Assembly: GCA_030704615.1 (NCBI GenBank)
Contig: CM060733.1
Coordinates: 9,920,001-9,984,000 of the forward strand
Direction of reading: 5' to 3'
DNA length: 64,000 bases
DNA from: Takakia lepidozioides
Lineage: Eukaryota > Plantae > Bryophyta
The notes under the pieces were generated by a model. It was not told where the DNA came from. It did not search any database and was given only the letters and a program-made list of their open reading frames with translations. A program made the translations under genes and the position numbers. Below, one piece after another: positions 62,889-64,000 of this stretch (positions within the stretch are counted from its first letter, which is position 1; the number at the start of each line of letters is the position of its first letter).

Positions 62889-64000
62889 CTACATCCTCAT
62901 GCTGGGACCATCAGATATCCTTTCAAAGTTGCCACTGTGGCTATCAAGGATCCCTGTTCCAAAAGCCTCATCGTATCCACTTGACGAATACCAACGAAGC
63001 ATCGTGGCCTTATAGTCATCGTCCAAGCCTGCTTCTGGGCTACAATCAAGGCCTGCATCCTGCTTGTCACCCTCTGATCCCACCGCTTCCGGAGTACCAC
63101 GAAGGACCACAATTTCCAAGTCACTATCCCAATCAGTTTCCTTTCTACCCCAATGGTCCTGAATCTGCATGTCACTATCTGGTTCCACTTTCCGAGCATC
63201 ATTATCGACCCCATCTTGGAGATCACTTTTTAACTCGACTTTCAGTGTAGCACCAACTTCTGTTGAATCTGACTCAAGGACCATGCCTTGGAAGCTGCTA
63301 ATTAAATCCTCTTCAAGAGTACCACCAAGGTTCCCAATCCGCACGTCACTCTCTGATACAGTTCCCAGAGCACCACCAAGGAACTTGACTTCAAGGTCAC
63401 TCAGTGAATCCGATGCCTGACTGTGAGGGAATCTCACTTGGGCAGCACACTTCGGATTCACTTCCTCAATCCCACGAGGGATCTGAGCTTGCAAGTCATC
63501 ATTTTGATTCCCCTTTCTGCAGGTTTTCAAGGTTTCTTCCATATCAGCTTCGCCTTCACTACTTGTTAAGTCACCCTCTGATGATATTCCTTGAACTGTT
63601 ACAAAATCTCCCTCCTTTGAGTTTGGTGTCGAGCTCTCCCCAGGAACAGAGGATTCATCAGTTCTCTTTCTATCCGAAACAAAGGCTCCAAAACAAGCGA
63701 TGCTCTTTAGATCGGATGTTTCTGATCCACCCAGACAGCCAGTTGTCTGAGGAGGTTCCATGTCTTCCTCCTTTGATCTGCTGTCCACTGAACTAGAAGG
63801 GCTCCCTACCTCCGTTGCAAATGGAATCCTACCAGAAGATTGTACACAGGGCTTAAAGGCAGGTTTACCCTCAGGAACAGCCCGGCGAAAGTCTAACCCC
63901 TTGGATTGTACCATGAGATCACTCGGGCTCCCTACCTCCGTTGCAAATGGAATCCTACCAGAAGATTGTACACAGGGCTTAAAGGCAGGTTTACCCTCAG
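62889..64000 (-). CDS. Long low-complexity ORF or exon of unknown product, open to the window edge
   Basis: The 341-aa ORF stays open upstream to 64000; S/E/D-rich; in-frame 126-bp repeat at 63799 and 63925. Confidence 0.45.
   Translation of the reverse strand, partial: EGKPAFKPCVQSSGRIPFATEVGSPSDLMVQSKGLDFRRAVPEGKPAFKPCVQSSGRIPFATEVGSPSSSVDSRSKEEDMEPPQTTGCLGGSETSDLKSIACFGAFVSDRKRTDESSVPGESSTPNSKEGDFVTVQGISSEGDLTSSEGEADMEETLKTCRKGNQNDDLQAQIPRGIEEVNPKCAAQVRFPHSQASDSLSDLEVKFLGGALGTVSESDVRIGNLGGTLEEDLISSFQGMVLESDSTEVGATLKVELKSDLQDGVDNDARKVEPDSDMQIQDHWGRKETDWDSDLEIVVLRGTPEAVGSEGDKQDAGLDCSPEAGLDDDYKATMLRWYSSSGYDEAFGTGILDSHSGNFERISDGPSMRM

Overview
Eukaryotic, transposon-dense land-plant DNA. Spliceosomal introns, PLS/DYW-type PPR remnants, an LPR-type multicopper oxidase and a plant O-fucosyltransferase fragment point to a land plant; a bryophyte- or lycophyte-like host is my inference, not shown. 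Most host genes here are broken. The main signal is an 11.3-kb Mutator-like DNA transposon (43332-54657) nested in a Copia pol gene with a 10-bp TSD. It carries two divergent genes: a GCM-like/MULE-DDE/SWIM transposase, and a ~9-exon gene fusing a ParB/Srx-like domain to a prokaryote-style beta-class N4C/N6A DNA methyltransferase-like domain. Its introns hold arrays of a 16-bp palindrome, ATGTCGTNNACGACAT. At least four more diverged pieces of the same family lie in the window. Two other TE classes also carry methyltransferase-like domains: a Ty3/Gypsy element with a C5-cytosine MTase after the protease, and a Dualen/RandI-like non-LTR fragment with chromodomain, PCIF1-like MTase, RNase H and RLE. 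TSD matching shows the host Copia element has been scrambled by inversions. All domain calls are by-eye motif recognition; no searches were run, and many coordinates are approximate.
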